Positions 10,457-23,415 of a stretch of DNA of 64,000 nt are shown here, piece by piece. Source of the DNA: Takakia lepidozioides. Taxonomy: Eukaryota; Plantae; Bryophyta. The stretch spans positions 50,964,001-51,028,000 of the forward strand of contig CM060732.1 of the NCBI GenBank assembly GCA_030704615.1. Reading direction: 5' to 3'. A program made the position numbers and the translations under genes. The notes beneath the pieces are model-generated. The model had not been told where the DNA came from and did no database searches. It saw nothing but the letters and a program-made list of their open reading frames with translations. Every line of letters starts with the position of its first letter. Position 1 is the first letter of the stretch.

Positions 10457-13400
10457 CAAAGTTGGACGGGATACGATCCATGAGGTAGTACTCCACCACT
10501 GACAAAGACGACGAGAAAACCATCACAAACGTGGCTGTAGCACTCGTGACCTGTAAAACAAACACCATGTCTAAATAGCACACTGCAAGAGAAAACCAAG
10601 CAGTTGACTCACAACATATAGTCTAGCATTTGACGAACTAACAAAAAGATGTCTTGTTCCAACTTTTAATAGTTCAGTTTTTTTGGCTGTGCATTAGGAG
10701 GACGTGTGCCAAAGCAAGTATGAATCTTCACCCAGTTAGGAAGGTGGTCAGCTTCTACCAGGGGAACTTGATTGCCCAATCCTTGCCCCAGATACAAACA
10801 ACAGCGGGTACCAAGTTTGGACAGTGACCCCTCCTTTATTGCTGACTTATCTGTAATGGGCGACACTCAACATACAAGGATTGTGTGCATGATTTCCACT
10901 CAAATGTTAGGAAAACATAGAAGCTGTGGTGCTTTTCAACCCCACAAGCTCCAAACTTCAGTAATTTAAGAGGCATTGCAGGAGGGCTTGTTACAGAAGA
11001 GGTCTGTAGAGCTCCCTGGGAACATGATGGAGTCCCATATTAGAGTTCGCTGTACCCAATGAAAACCCAGGAGAGAGTTAGCTTAGTGGACATTCTTCAG
11101 AGCAACGAATCTCATACCTCAGGGGGCATGCCAAGCTCTAGGAGCAAAGGCCCAATAACGGCACCCCCACCAAGAAGGCCCCCCATGATGCCAGCACCAA
11201 TGGCTGCAGCCGCATAAATAGCCAGGTTCCAGATCTCCCATTTCTGTGTGGTTGATCTATGTGACTGAGGCTCCTCTTTTAGAACAGTTTGAGCCTTGAC
11301 CTTTCTACACATTGCTGCTACTTGAAAGCTTGTCACCGTCACAGCGACAGGAATCTGTGCAGCAAGAAATTTTTGCAAGTTAGTGGAATTTCTCTCTCGG
11401 ACACTACCCAAACATGCATGGCACATACCCAGCCTATTCATACAAATATCAACAATGCTCAAAGGAGCCCTGGGTATGGGGAATTACTACTCTGCTACTT
11501 TACCCAAAGTGAGTTACTATGAAGTCTGATCAAGCCTCTCTGGACAGAAAGCTTTTACAGCTGCCATTCAACTCACACAGTGAAAACAAACTGCAAGGGG
11601 GAACTGTCTTCTCTCAATTGGTACTACAACTCTCCCATCATACCTGTGACACAATGGCACAGCCACCTTCACTTACAGATGGCTATAATTTTCTCAAGTT
11701 CAATGCAGGATAAGGTGCAATATGGCCTGCTATTGAGTAACATAGGTGCCAACCAGAAAAAATCCCTACATACCAGTAAGAAATCGAGGAGCCAGTACCA
11801 GAAACTGCAGGTGTGTACATGGGTCTGTAGATCATTGCATACGAAGTTCAGCTTTTGGGCTCATAGCATTGTCATGCTTAGCAGATCGCCAGTGAAACAG
11901 CTGCATGAGTTGACAAACTCCTAGTTTATGCAGTGCCATTAGATGCAAAAAACAGGCAAATGTCTGTAGAAATCAACATAAACAGGCAGTTGTCGACCCA
12001 CCCTGCTTCTCACTTTTGCCATTGTTTACGAACATTTTACGTAACACATTGCCACTAATTGAATCCTCCAGCCTAAAAGCAATTACAACCACAGAGAGAT
12101 ATTGAGCTAGTAACTTAAATAGGATGTTTGCAGGGGATCACACGTGGAGATTCTGGTTTTGGGCCTACATTACATTCTGAGTGAGGTCCTGACAAAAAGT
12201 AATTGAAGATAGGGCTCTCTCAATAAAAATCCAGTAGAAGACGTAGTCCCATACAGGTTGGGGCCAAGTGATGAGAAGGTGAAAAGTGCAGTCGGAGAGA
12301 GAACCTCCTCAACTCAACCTAGTCCCTAGTATGAAAGACAACTGTTCCCAAGGCTTCATACCCAGTCTTTTCAGAGAAGGAATGCTCAAGCACAGCCAGG
12401 GTACCCCTGTTTGAAACCAGGTATCTAGTGGTTGAGGGTTCTGTGATATAGAATGGGTTATGAAGTCATATTAAAACCAATTTGATGCACTTCAGTAGTC
12501 TATGGAAGGATTGACAACATGCAAATCTTCCTTGCCTTGACAACTTGCAGGATTAGAAACACAAGCCACACAAAAAAAGGAACATTCCCCAGATAGTTGA
12601 TGAGTCCTGCATGTGGCTTCAACAACTCTTAGGATATCAAGCACCATGTACTGTACATTCTCTCCCTGAACATGAACATGATCTGCTCTAAAAAAATGCA
12701 CAGAAGGGAGACACAAAGCTTCACTATATGTGCAAGAGTAAATTGAGTTATCTAAGGTCCAGCAAAGACTCACAATTGGCTGGCTATCCTCAGAGGGAAG
12801 CGGCATATACTCTGGCTCCACCTGTGTTACATCTACCCAGATTAAACATATAAGTTGCCTTTAGACACAAGCTGGAAAACCTTCTCCCCACAGTGATCCT
12901 TTTCAGATCGACAGGTTCTTCATTTGGCAACAATCTCTTGATTCCCAACCAAGGGCACAAAACCACTTCAAATCAAATTTGCAGAAAAATATGTTGCTTC
13001 CACATAGCTCTTGAGACCGAAAACCGGGTGCAAGGCACATGTGAAGCCAGGGGGCAATGCCCCATTTGGAAGCCCTAATATGCACCTCAAGATGTTGTGG
13101 CTACTTGATGTGGTACTGCTTTGGAGTCAAGGTTAAAGGGAATACCTGCTATGCCAAGACCTGAACTTGAAGTTGGCAGGGTGGGTCGCTGGACCTGCAC
13201 TCTGGCCGAAAATCAGAAACTCTTGAGCTGTTTCTCCTCACAGTCAATACTTCAACCTTCCTTTTGAGACATGTTTTGGGCACTCTTTGAGAAAAGCCAC
13301 AATCATATACATTGCTTCATCTGGTCAAAACATACTCAGCCCTCAAATTACATCCTTCACGTGAAAAAAGTGAAGGGAGTTTCACAAAGGTTGCCCGGCA

Positions 13401-14790
13401 TAATGCATATAGGGGGTTATCTATTCCTGCAGTATTCATATGGAGGGTCTTGAAATAATACAACTGTGAAATCTAATGACAATTGGTGACACGAGTTCCT
13501 TCAAACTAAATGGCGAAAACTGACCTTGGCGGATGTTTCTGACTTCCAGGCAACAACTGCCTTACGAAAAGTATTCCAGGAAATACCTGGATCCATCCAT
13601 AGGTTTCTTATAAGCTCCATCGTCATCACCTTTAACAGCAGAAACGAAGTCTGCCAATGAATAACTTATAGATGCATAACTTATGGATGATCTGTTTCAG
13701 GTGACAGATATACACAGCAGTTGCAATAAGAATTGTGTGTTTCACGAAGTACCTGAGAATAGCACAATGATAAAAAGAGTGACCATCAATCCGCAAACAT
13801 AGCATTGAAGGCAACCCCAATGCTGATTCCCGGGAGCAACATTGGCTGGAATAGCAATGCAATGTCGTAATCTATAACAGGCTCATCCTTCGTGGGGTGT
13901 TTCCGTTTCCAGATTGTGGAGAATGCCGCCCCCATCATTGCTACAAGTTCATGTTGGCAAGGTTAATCCTCAACTCCAATTGACCTCCTGGATAAAGTCA
14001 CCTACAGAATCATGGACCATGGTACTAGGGACTTAAAAAACCAAAGTTTGCATGAGTTTAACTCTGAAACCACACTTGTAGGGAAGGAAATAAGCAACTT
14101 AGAACCAAGATCTAGACTCCATAATCTATTATATCACCAGAATAAACTGAACAGAAAACTGAGTTGAGAATTATACAACTTGCCAACCATACACCCATGC
14201 TCAGTACTGCAAAGTCTTCGGAACTCTGAAGGTCCACATTCCGGGATTCATTCAGGACTCCTTAAGGATTAGAGATTTTCATTTCTTTCTTTTAGATTAC
14301 ACATTTTGAGATTGGGTCATCCAGATGTGTTTTGAGGGTGCAATTCGTTGCAACCAATTGCAGATCCCCAACTCACCTACTGTACTAACTTTCCTCCAGG
14401 ACCACATTGTGTAGGGAGGACTAGACTCAGAACCTCGCTACATGGGAAATAATGAGGAACTGACAACCAATAGTTAGAGTCTACATGCAAGAGTATTAAT
14501 GTTTGAGCAGAATTGGGGACAAACTTCTAGTTCAAGGTTGCTCGCATATTTTGAGAGGGCCGTTGCAGTCTTGGCATCAAAGCCGATCACCAAAGTCAAG
14601 ATTGGGATGAAAAATCCTCCGCCCCCAACGCCCCCCACACTCCCTAATGCAGCTCCTAGAAAGCTCAGGATACTACCCACCACCATCCTCCAATCAATCT
14701 TCTGTCTCCCAAAAAACCAAAGCACAGACATTGACAGTGAGTGTGGCCAAGACCTTTCACAATCATCGAGTGGGTCACACAGCTACGTCA
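10457..14790 (-). pseudogene. Sulfite exporter TauE/SafE family membrane protein, probable pseudogene
   Basis: Exons encode KIDWRMVVGSILSFLGAALGSVGGVGGGGFFIPILTLVIGFDAKTATALSK (14701-14548), HPTKDEPVIDYDIALLFQPMLL (~13940-13755), ISWNTFRKAVVAWKSE, TCSFWYWLLDFL, IPVAV...GIMGGLLGGGAVIGPLLLELGMPPE and VTSATATFVMVFSSSLSVVEYYL (10550-10457). Lesions: the donor at 14547 reads AT instead of GT, a 1-nt deletion near 13787 creates a stop, the 5' end abuts a retroelement, and the terminal exons are not recognisable. Confidence 0.85.
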
Positions 14791-15597
14791 TCCTCATCCT
14801 AGAGCTCTAACAAGCAATCATGTCGATACGTTGTATAATCGTTTTATGAGGTATCACGTGATTGCATGTAGCTTTATAAATGTGGTTATTGTGGTAAGGC
14901 AGGACATGTGATATTACACTGTTGGCATTTGCAATCAGCCATGGGACTGACTCCAATCAAGAATAACCAAAGAACTGGATGGGATGTCAATCAGATTGGG
15001 TTAACCCGGCCACTTGCCAATCAGCATGAGGCAGTTCAATGGTCTGATCAACCTCCCCAGAGTCAGCAACCATGGAGACCAACCGAGGGCCACAGAGCTG
15101 GTATCAACCGGCTAATCAACCTACTCAACAGCAAATGAGGAGAATACCACCTCAGAGGGCCTATGGCCAAACCTATGGGGGTGGGGTGGCCAACAGCAGC
15201 ATATGTATCTACAACAGACCAATTCTCCTTATCGGCCGCCTGCTCGGCGATTGAGGAATGATCAATATCCTATTTGCTATCGTTGCCATGAGATTGGGAG
15301 GAGATTGGACATATTGCCAACGAATGCCCTAATCCAGAAGCCCCGGTTGACTACATACCGCTTTGTGGACGTTGTGGTGGTCAGGGCCATATCGCCGAAC
15401 AATGTGAGAGTCCATACCCCCAAAATCCTATACATTAGCAATCTTCATCAGTTCCTATGCTTCCGGTTTCGGGTACAGCTCCATCAACTGCAAGCCCATC
15501 ACATTCTTTTGGAAATACTAATATCAATCGAGTTGTGAATCGAGTAACAGTACAGGAATGTGTGGGGGATAGGACGGGTGGTACGAATTTGTTATTG

Positions 15598-16420
15598 CAC
15601 TACAACAGATCGCGGTAGTTATGACTGCCAAATCGAGGTAGTCATGGTTTTCATGACTTTGACCATGACTACACCATGTTTTTATATGAAATTGACCTCC
15701 CGCAGTCGTTCATACGACTGTAGTCATATGAACGACTATTTAAATAGTCGTATGTATGACTACATGGCTCGGGAATGGGCGGAAGGCTGGTCAACGGCAA
15801 TTGACCAGATTTAGCTCACCATTCATAGTCATTTCCATGACTACAGTGTACATGGATGAGGTTACATAGTCATGATGACTACTGGGGATTTTGTAATTTG
15901 GTGTGTATAATACAATTAAAACACCATATAATCATATGAATGACTAATGGGTGTATTGGTTAACATGTAGTGAACTATGACTCTTATAGTAAAGTGGTTG
16001 CAGGTTCAAACTCCTCTAAGTACAATCAAATGGATAAGATGGCCCTAGGGTTACTAGGCGAGCTAGGGATAGCACGTGGTACCCTAGATGGACTGCCACG
16101 TGGTTTTTTCATTATTATAAAATGCATTATGCTACGTGGCACAATGCAGTGCGACGCGGCGTTTAACATTTATTTTATTTATTTTATTTATTTATTTTTT
16201 TAAATCAATTGGCGCGGCAGCGGTGGCTGCAGTATGGTATATATGACTGCAGTGAGAGATATCACTTAGTTCATATGACTGTAGTCATCCGGACCGTACC
16301 ATCCTGTACTCATTGTATTGACTTGGTTTGCACGACTTACAGTCATAGAAGTCATATGTACCGTTTATGACTGTAGAATAGTCATATATACAGTCATAAA
16401 TACTGCGATCTGTTGTAGTG
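15598..16420. mobile_element. Non-autonomous CACTA (En/Spm) element, 823 bp
   Basis: TIRs CACTACAACAGATCGCGGTAGTTATGACTG and CAGTCATAAATACTGCGATCTGTTGTAGTG. 3-bp TSD TTG at 15595-15597 and 16421-16423. Dense ATGACT/AGTCAT subterminal repeats. Confidence 0.93.
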
Positions 16421-17434
16421 TTGGCTAATAAAAGAGCCACCCTGAAAGGCAAAGGCAAGATGGAAGCAGCCGTGCAATCTTATTATTTCAATGTTGAGTC
16501 AGATGTTTCCCATGGTCAAAGCAGTCACCACCAGAGCTCGTAAGCTACTGCCGATGGGCCCTATTGTGGGGGAATCTGCCTTAAAGATCCCCAATAGTGT
16601 GAACTCCAAGCCAATTGATGGGGTGCAACAATCTTTGCCTACCATACCCGATATTCATCCGATACCACCGATGATATCGCCTAGTTTGGTTGTCCATCCA
16701 TCTTCCACTATCGTGGACTCTATCGACCCCAAGATCGTGTAATGTCGGTTGTTATACCCCAATCTAGAACGGAGCCAGTCCAGCGGAGAATTCGAGGGAA
16801 GTATACTGGTCCGAAAATGGGTAATGGCAAGATAGGACATGTCAGGGGATCATGACGGAGGCGATAACTAAAGGTTTGGTCCATTTTGATATACTAAAGG
16901 ACCTGGATTCTTTGCAACCTACTATTTCTTTGCGGCAGTTGTTGGCTATCGCACCTCAATGTCGATCTTCTTTGCAATCATCTTTGGTTCGGATAAAAAA
17001 CAATGACGTCCATGAAGTGAGTATATCGACACTCAATCCGGATCTGGGTGCCCCTGTCCTTGATGTGACAATAGATGGCGTTGTTATTACTGGAGTCCAG
17101 ATTGACGGTGGCTCTAGTGTCAATTTGATGAGTTCATACACAACGGAGGAGCTAGGACTTGGTGGTTTACAGACACTCGATTGGTGTTGAGGATGGCCGA
17201 TCAAAGTCGTGTTAAACCAATGGGTGTCCTGATTGTCGTCCCAACTATCATTGTTGCTATTGAATATTCCATTGATTATGTTATCTTCTGACTAAACGTC
17301 TCTGCCTATTCTTATCCCATTTTATTAGGGCGACCATGGTTATTCCAGTCTAAAGCTAAAAATGACTGGGGAAAATGCACCTTGACTTTGGGTAAAGGAG
17401 AACAAAAGGTGGTTTTGCAAATGTACCCAGTAGC

Positions 17435-17607
17435 AAACAACCAACATGTAGCCTAGTGGTAAGGGCATATACCCTCTTACGAGTGGTTGTGGGTTCAAAC
17501 CACCATGTTGGTTGTTACGAAGGTGTCCACTTTCCTACCAGAAGGCAGTAGCCCTTCTGGGTCAAGTGACACCATAAGTTACGTTTGCTTCGGCAATGCG
17601 TCCACCT
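17435..17607 (+). mobile_element. tRNA-derived SINE-like element with an 11-bp TSD
   Basis: A-box-like TAGCCTAGTGG and B-box-like GGTTCAAAC. TSD TACCCAGTAGC at 17424-17434 and 17608-17618. Removing the insert restores the retroelement frame MYPVAYHGETQ. Confidence 0.85.
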
Positions 17608-18315
17608 TACCCAGTAGCTTATCATGGGGAGACTCAGGAGTTGGAATCTGAGTTTACCTCTAAAGCTGAAGGAGGGACAACTGACACCGATAGTGATTTT
17701 CAAGTCCTACCATTGTCGTCTAAGCATATACGTAGCCAACAGATCTACCAATGTGCTAATCTAGGGGAGTATCCCTAGCATGGTGATTTTGATAGTGACT
17801 CTGATGATGTTATTTTGCGATGGGAGGAAGCCTGTAGATGCATATATTGGTACATTTTTCTTTTCAGATTGTTTTTTATCATAAGACAATCAGTTTCGGC
17901 ATTGTACGGCCAAAACAGGTTAGTTTGTTCGTTGTCTGGAAATCGTTGGTAAAGCACGTAGGAAATTAGACAGTGTCTGCGACGACCATGGAGTGGAACT
18001 ATGGCGTCAAGATGACCGTAGGAAGCTGCATGGACAGCAGATTAGGCTGCCAATTCGGTATCAGTAACAGCAAGGTAATCATGTTCGAACAATACAAGAC
18101 GAATGTTTCAGTCCCAGATTGCGATCTCTCTATTCTCTCGCCTTTCAAGTCCAGTAGGAACACACGGCGAGGAGCATGGCAATTGGAAGAAACAAATTGT
18201 ACAACGATGAATTATCGCAACAAAACAAATGGCTGCATCGGAGCGACAGCAAGTCATGACGACTTCAATCGGCGAAGCGTGGGCTTGTTAGCAGTGCGGG
18301 ACAACAGGAGATAGT

Positions 18316-19090
18316 CACCTTATTCAGAGCCCTGTAATCGACACACATCCGCATCGACCCATCCTTCTTGTCTGCGAATAGCACCGGGGCTCCGTAAGGT
18401 GACTTACTCGGATGTACCCCTTTGACATTAGATCCTTGAGCTGGGCCTTCAGCTCGACCAACTCTCTGTGGCTCAACCGGTAGGGCACCTCGGTAGGCGG
18501 CTCCAATCCCGGTATCACCTCTATCTTGTGATCAACTCCTCTTCGCGGTGGCAAGCCACTTGGTAACTCCAGCATCACATCCTGGTATTTCTCCAGGATC
18601 CCCTTGATCCAATCTGGGCTAGGCTCTCTCTGACGTAAAGCAAAAACTGGGGCTCGTGTGGCTCCTCCACTGCCCACTCATTTGCTATCAGCAGGTTTAT
18701 TCGTCCTCCCACTCGGTTTGGCGTTTCTGACACCCGTAAAACTTCGCCACCATTCCCACACGGTAGCGTAACTATTCTCTTGCGGCCATCTATGACCGCT
18801 CCGGATTTGCTCAAAAATGTCATCCCCAAAATGAGATCCACTCCATCGATCTCGCAAATGATGAAGTTCTCACGTCCCTCCCAACTCCCCAGCTGAAGAG
18901 GAACATCGAACGCCAACCTCGTCGCCAGTTGTGGTTCTCCTTTAGCAGAACGCACTTCAATAGAGGCCCCCACATCACTTGACGGGAGCCCCAGCTTCCG
19001 TGCCGTTGCCGGTGTCATGAAGGAGTGTAACGCTCATGTGTCCACCAACAACGACACGTTAGTTTCGGAAATTATCCCACTCACGAACAT
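18316..19090 (-). mobile_element. Ty3/gypsy protease and start of reverse transcriptase, degenerate
   Basis: LLVDT*ALHSFM (the catalytic DTG is disrupted by a stop), [43 protein letters not shown], then frameshifted [23 protein letters not shown]. Confidence 0.9.
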
Positions 19091-19329
19091 TAACTGACTC
19101 TTTTTACGCAAGGGGCCAGTCTTCTGATACAACTGGAAATATTCGATTCCGTATACGGCTTACAGCTGGCTGCGAGACTCTTTTCAAACCGAAAAGTCTG
19201 TTCGTCTGCACCCCAACTAATGACAACTCGCGCCAACCGGTCATCCATATGGACGGATGAAAAGCCAGCTTTCATTTGCCTCTAAGACTTTTCATCCATG
19301 TTGAATATTAAATTATAGTTCCTCCAAGG

Positions 19330-22300
19330 ATACAATAGTTTAAGGAATATTTTTCATTAGTTTATTGGACTCAAAACTAGTATAAATGAAGAGCCAAGCC
19401 CTCCTTGCTCTTCATCTAACTCATTTGTTTAGTTTCCTCTTGCTTGTTGTTGTAGTGCTTGTTAGTTCTTGGCTTGAGAAGAGCTAGATCCTAGGGAGTG
19501 GAGCTTGAAGCTCCCTAGTAAGGTAGATGGATTGAGAGCTAAGGCAAAGAAGCCTAGTTCATTTTGGCCTTGAGGGCTTGGGGAATTTGTGAAGGAAGTT
19601 ATGTGCAAATTCATGTAGAGGAGGATGACTTGAAGACCAGTAGGAGGACCCGCGTGGACCTAGAGACGAGCACCAAGAAGGGTTGCCTAGAGTACCACCC
19701 TTGGGTCATTAGAGCATCTCAAGCACTCACATTGGAATGTTGTCACATCCTCACTTCTCCCTTTATGTATGAGAAGCTTGTTGGCTAGCAAGCTTGATCT
19801 TGAATATTGAAAATTGATTGAATTGAAACCCTTTGAAGAGGTGGATGTTTTGTGAATCTATGTTGATTTTTGAGTCATGTTTGACAAGGGGAATACACCA
19901 TGATGCCAATGGAAGGACTACCATTAAGCTTTTGTTTGCCTTGATAAAAGAGTGATATTATTATGTCCTTAGTGACTGATTGACACCATATACCAGCTCT
20001 GGAAACAGGTACCAGCAGGCTGAAGGTATGTTTTAGGCCACTCTAAGGCCTCTCTATGAGCTAATTTGACCCCCCCAAGCAAGGCCATGAAGGCCTAGGG
20101 GAGGGTAGTGTTTTTCTTTGGGATGGGAGGGTGTTTTTTCTGACTGATAGGACCTGCCCACCATCGCGAGCAACCCGGGGTACTCGCGGGTGCTGCGCCC
20201 CATGGCTAGGCACTAAAGTAAGAGAGCGGGGACGGCGGCCGTGGCTGGCGCCACGGCGTACGGGCTGCGGAGGACCCCAATGCTGACTTCCGTTGTACCC
20301 CAGCAGAAAGGACATAGCCGCGTGGCCCTGAGGAGCAGGGACGCTCGCGCGTGCAGAAAGGTGGGACTTTACCCGCCGGATAATACATTTGCCCAGGGAT
20401 CGGCGGACACTGGCTTTACCCGCGGCAGGGACCGGCGGTTTGCAGCTTGGACCGGCCTGCGGCCGAGCCACGCCCTGCCACGTGGGCGGGCGCGGTTACC
20501 CTGCGAATACAGTAGGGGTGATATCTTTTTAAGAGGGTTTTTCTAACCTTCTACTATTTGCTTTAATTCTTACCCCTTTAAGGGTTGAAGTCCTGGAAGA
20601 CAGGGCTCCCATGGAGGAAAAATTCTAAGATTTGAAGAGAGCGTAGTCCCAGAAGGGGGCTTCCATACATGCCAAAGAAGTGGCTCAGAGAGTTTCTAAG
20701 TCGTTAGAGAGAGACTGAAACGTTGCGAGACTAGGGAGGAGTAGAAGTACTCTATCCTTGAATTTCGGCTACAGTGCCAAGTGGTGTCAGGGCCTAAGGT
20801 AGGGGATGACCGTTTCCAAAGGGAGGAAATCGCCCCAGGCCCTTTATAGTGTGAGGAATCAGGCTTGGTCCCACCATATGATTGCTTCAACATGTGAGCA
20901 TGCATGTTTCGGACTGACGGATGAATTGGCAGGGATGAAATCTGCACGAGTTTCGTTCATCCGATAGCTGTGGTCGTTCCCCGCGGCAAGGAATGGTTCT
21001 TGGGGCTTCCTGGACTGTAATCTGGTTCTCAAAGGGTTCCGCAGGTCCATTCTAGGTTCCAAAGGCATTTTTAGAATCCCCACGTGACAATCGTGACCGT
21101 CGATCAAATAGGACCCTCATGAATGAGCCCAATAGATTTGACTAAACTATTATTATTACTTATTATTTTAATGAGTATTTTTATTATTTTATTAGGACCA
21201 AAGTAGTATATAAGAGAGTCAAGGCCCCCTTGCTTCTCACTTGTGCTTTTCTCTTGCTTCGTTTGTTGCTTTGTTTATTTCATGGGAGCTAGAGTTGGAA
21301 TCTAGCCCATTTTTACTCGAGGAGCGTAAGTCCTAGCAAGTAGGAGCTCGGTCTTGCTAGTAGGAAGAGCCTTATTTCGTGGGAGCTAGAGTTGGATTCT
21401 AGCCCCACATATTGTAGGCCATTGAGCCATTTGACGTGCTATGAAACTCGGATTTGTTTGGGAGAAGGCTTGGTGGAAGGTCTAAAATTCAGATCTGATT
21501 GTTGTCTTGTTGATTTGTATTTGTGTGAGCCAAGAGGGCCTTGGTCACAACTGGGGGAGTGCGTGAGGGCCCCGGACTCCTGTCCTAGAAAAGAGGAAGA
21601 GAGTTCAATTGTTTTAATCTCGAAAGGTTTGAAGCTATAAATTTTATTTTGTTTTGTTCTAACTAGCAAGAGGCTAGCTAGGTTGTTGTCCATAAGGGAC
21701 AGCAGATCAATTATAGGCCAAAGGCCGAAGGATACCGCTAACACCTCCCCAAGAGGAAGGCATTAAGCCTTGGACTAGGGGGCTGGTTTTCTTTTTTGTT
21801 GTTTGTTTTGTTTATTTTGTTGTTGATCAGGCCTGGCCCCCTCCACCATAGCCCGGGTAGGGAGTGGGAGGTAGTGGAATAGCCGAGGTCAACCATCAAT
21901 AGCCGGCGGTCAACCAACTTGAGGCGCCGCTGGCGCTGTTCTCCGCACAGGGCCCGAAAAGAGGAGTTTACTACAGTAGTGCACGGCAGGGAAAGCGGGG
22001 CTCGGACAACCACGTGCTGAATATTTTTGAGTTCACGGACTGACCGCAGGGCGGCGCCCGCGGGCCTGCCATCGCAGTAGGCCGCGGGGCCTGGCGCATC
22101 GCCATGTGGCGGTCCCCGTCACGTTTTACCCCACGACCGCAGTCGTGGGTTTTAAGAGGGAGTTTTCTCACCCTAGACTATTTGAATTAATTCAGACACC
22201 CTTAAAGGGTATTGTGGGCATTCTGGCTTGTTAGGAGGTAGAAAAATTCCGCGCTTGAGGGGAAAAGGAAACCCGAGAAGAGGCGATCGAGCCTAGCCAG

Positions 22301-23415
22301 AGGTGGGCATACGCATCCCACCAAGTTGAGCGGGGCAGGAGGAAGTAGCTAGAGACAGGGGTGGCTCGAAAGTACACTAACCGGGTTCCACGGCTACAGT
22401 GTCAAGACGTGTCAGTCAACCGCGGAGGGGATGACTGTTTCCAGTGAGGGGAATGCGCTGGGCACCCCTTAGTTTAAACATATATAGGACGAAATAGTCC
22501 TTGGCCCCACCATAGGTTGTATTTGCGCCCCAAGCGGTCATGATTTGAGGAACTAACGGATGTAACAGGGGGCTTCATTAGACAGATTCTGTACATCCAC
22601 AACAGGGCAACAGTTCCCAGTAACGGGGAACCTGCTTCTGGACTAGCTCTGACGTTCTCGGACGTTCTCGGATGTTCCCTGATGTTCCCGAGGGGTCCCG
22701 CGATCTGATAGGGGCGATTTTAGCATCGTTGGTCTTCCCCCACGACATTCTTCCTGAACAGGTATTTTTTTTCGGATTTTTTAATTTATAGATATTTTCC
22801 TAATTTTCTTGAGGAGGAAATTTCCATATAAGAATTAGGACTTTTGATTGAACTTTTTGAACGTATAAGAACTTGAGTGATTAAAGGGTGAATTGATTGA
22901 CCCTTTTAACTTATTAAAGCTTGCATAGCTTAGTAACTCTCCTCAAGCTAAAGATAGGAAAGGGACAAATTTAGCCCTTCTTGGGGAGAGCTTGGCTCAA
23001 GCCCCGGAAAGGAGGGGCATTGGGAGAGTGAAGTGGAGTCCTCTCCTCCCTGGGTTCGGGAGGTGCTTTGTGAAGCGGTAAGATAGACCCTGGCTATAAG
23101 CGGTCTGGGAACCCAGGCAGTAGATGTTAGCAATAAACAAGACTTGGAAGGTAGTTATGTTTAAAAGAAAAATCTAAAACCATAAACAAACCGTAGGACT
23201 AGAACACGCAAATTGCCCTGTAGAGGAAAGCATCTGAGCTTCTCTTTGCTGGTAGGATATTAGAATTGATAGTTTAGGCCCCCATACATCCGCGAACCCT
23301 GCACTAACCGCAGCCAGGTAGTCAGTTCGTTGAGCCCAGCCTTACACCATGACTTACCACGACCCCACTAGGCTAGTATGTTATCGCCCTGACCGCGCGC
23401 GTCTAGGGCTCGTCA
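19330..23415. repeat. Cluster of LTR-like non-coding repeats (two diverged copies of the same modules)
   Basis: A TATA-containing module at ~19360 recurs at ~21190, and module 20520-21030 recurs at 22145-22660. The cluster ends in ...CGTCA at 23415, exactly where the PPR frame is truncated, consistent with a TG...CA LTR end. Confidence 0.5.

Larger units (their letters stand above)
14900..17820 (+). mobile_element. Degenerate Ty3/gypsy LTR retrotransposon gag-protease fragment, interrupted by a CACTA MITE and a SINE
   Basis: Two CCHC zinc knuckles (ICYRCHE..GHIANECP; LCGRCGGQGHIAEQC) at ~15270-15410. Aspartic protease region VQIDGGSSVNLM...MADQSRVKPMG...ILLGRPWL at 17050-17350. Stops and frameshifts are present. 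Confidence 0.85.

Noticed and set aside
17438-17516. Functional tRNA gene
   Set aside because: It has A/B boxes but no convincing canonical cloverleaf or anticodon arm. It is part of a TSD-flanked insertion with a second diverged copy, so it is a SINE head.
17517-17607. HDV-like or hammerhead ribozyme in the SINE tail
   Set aside because: I could not fit the nested double-pseudoknot or the CUGAUGA/GAAA core by eye; it is reported only as structured RNA.
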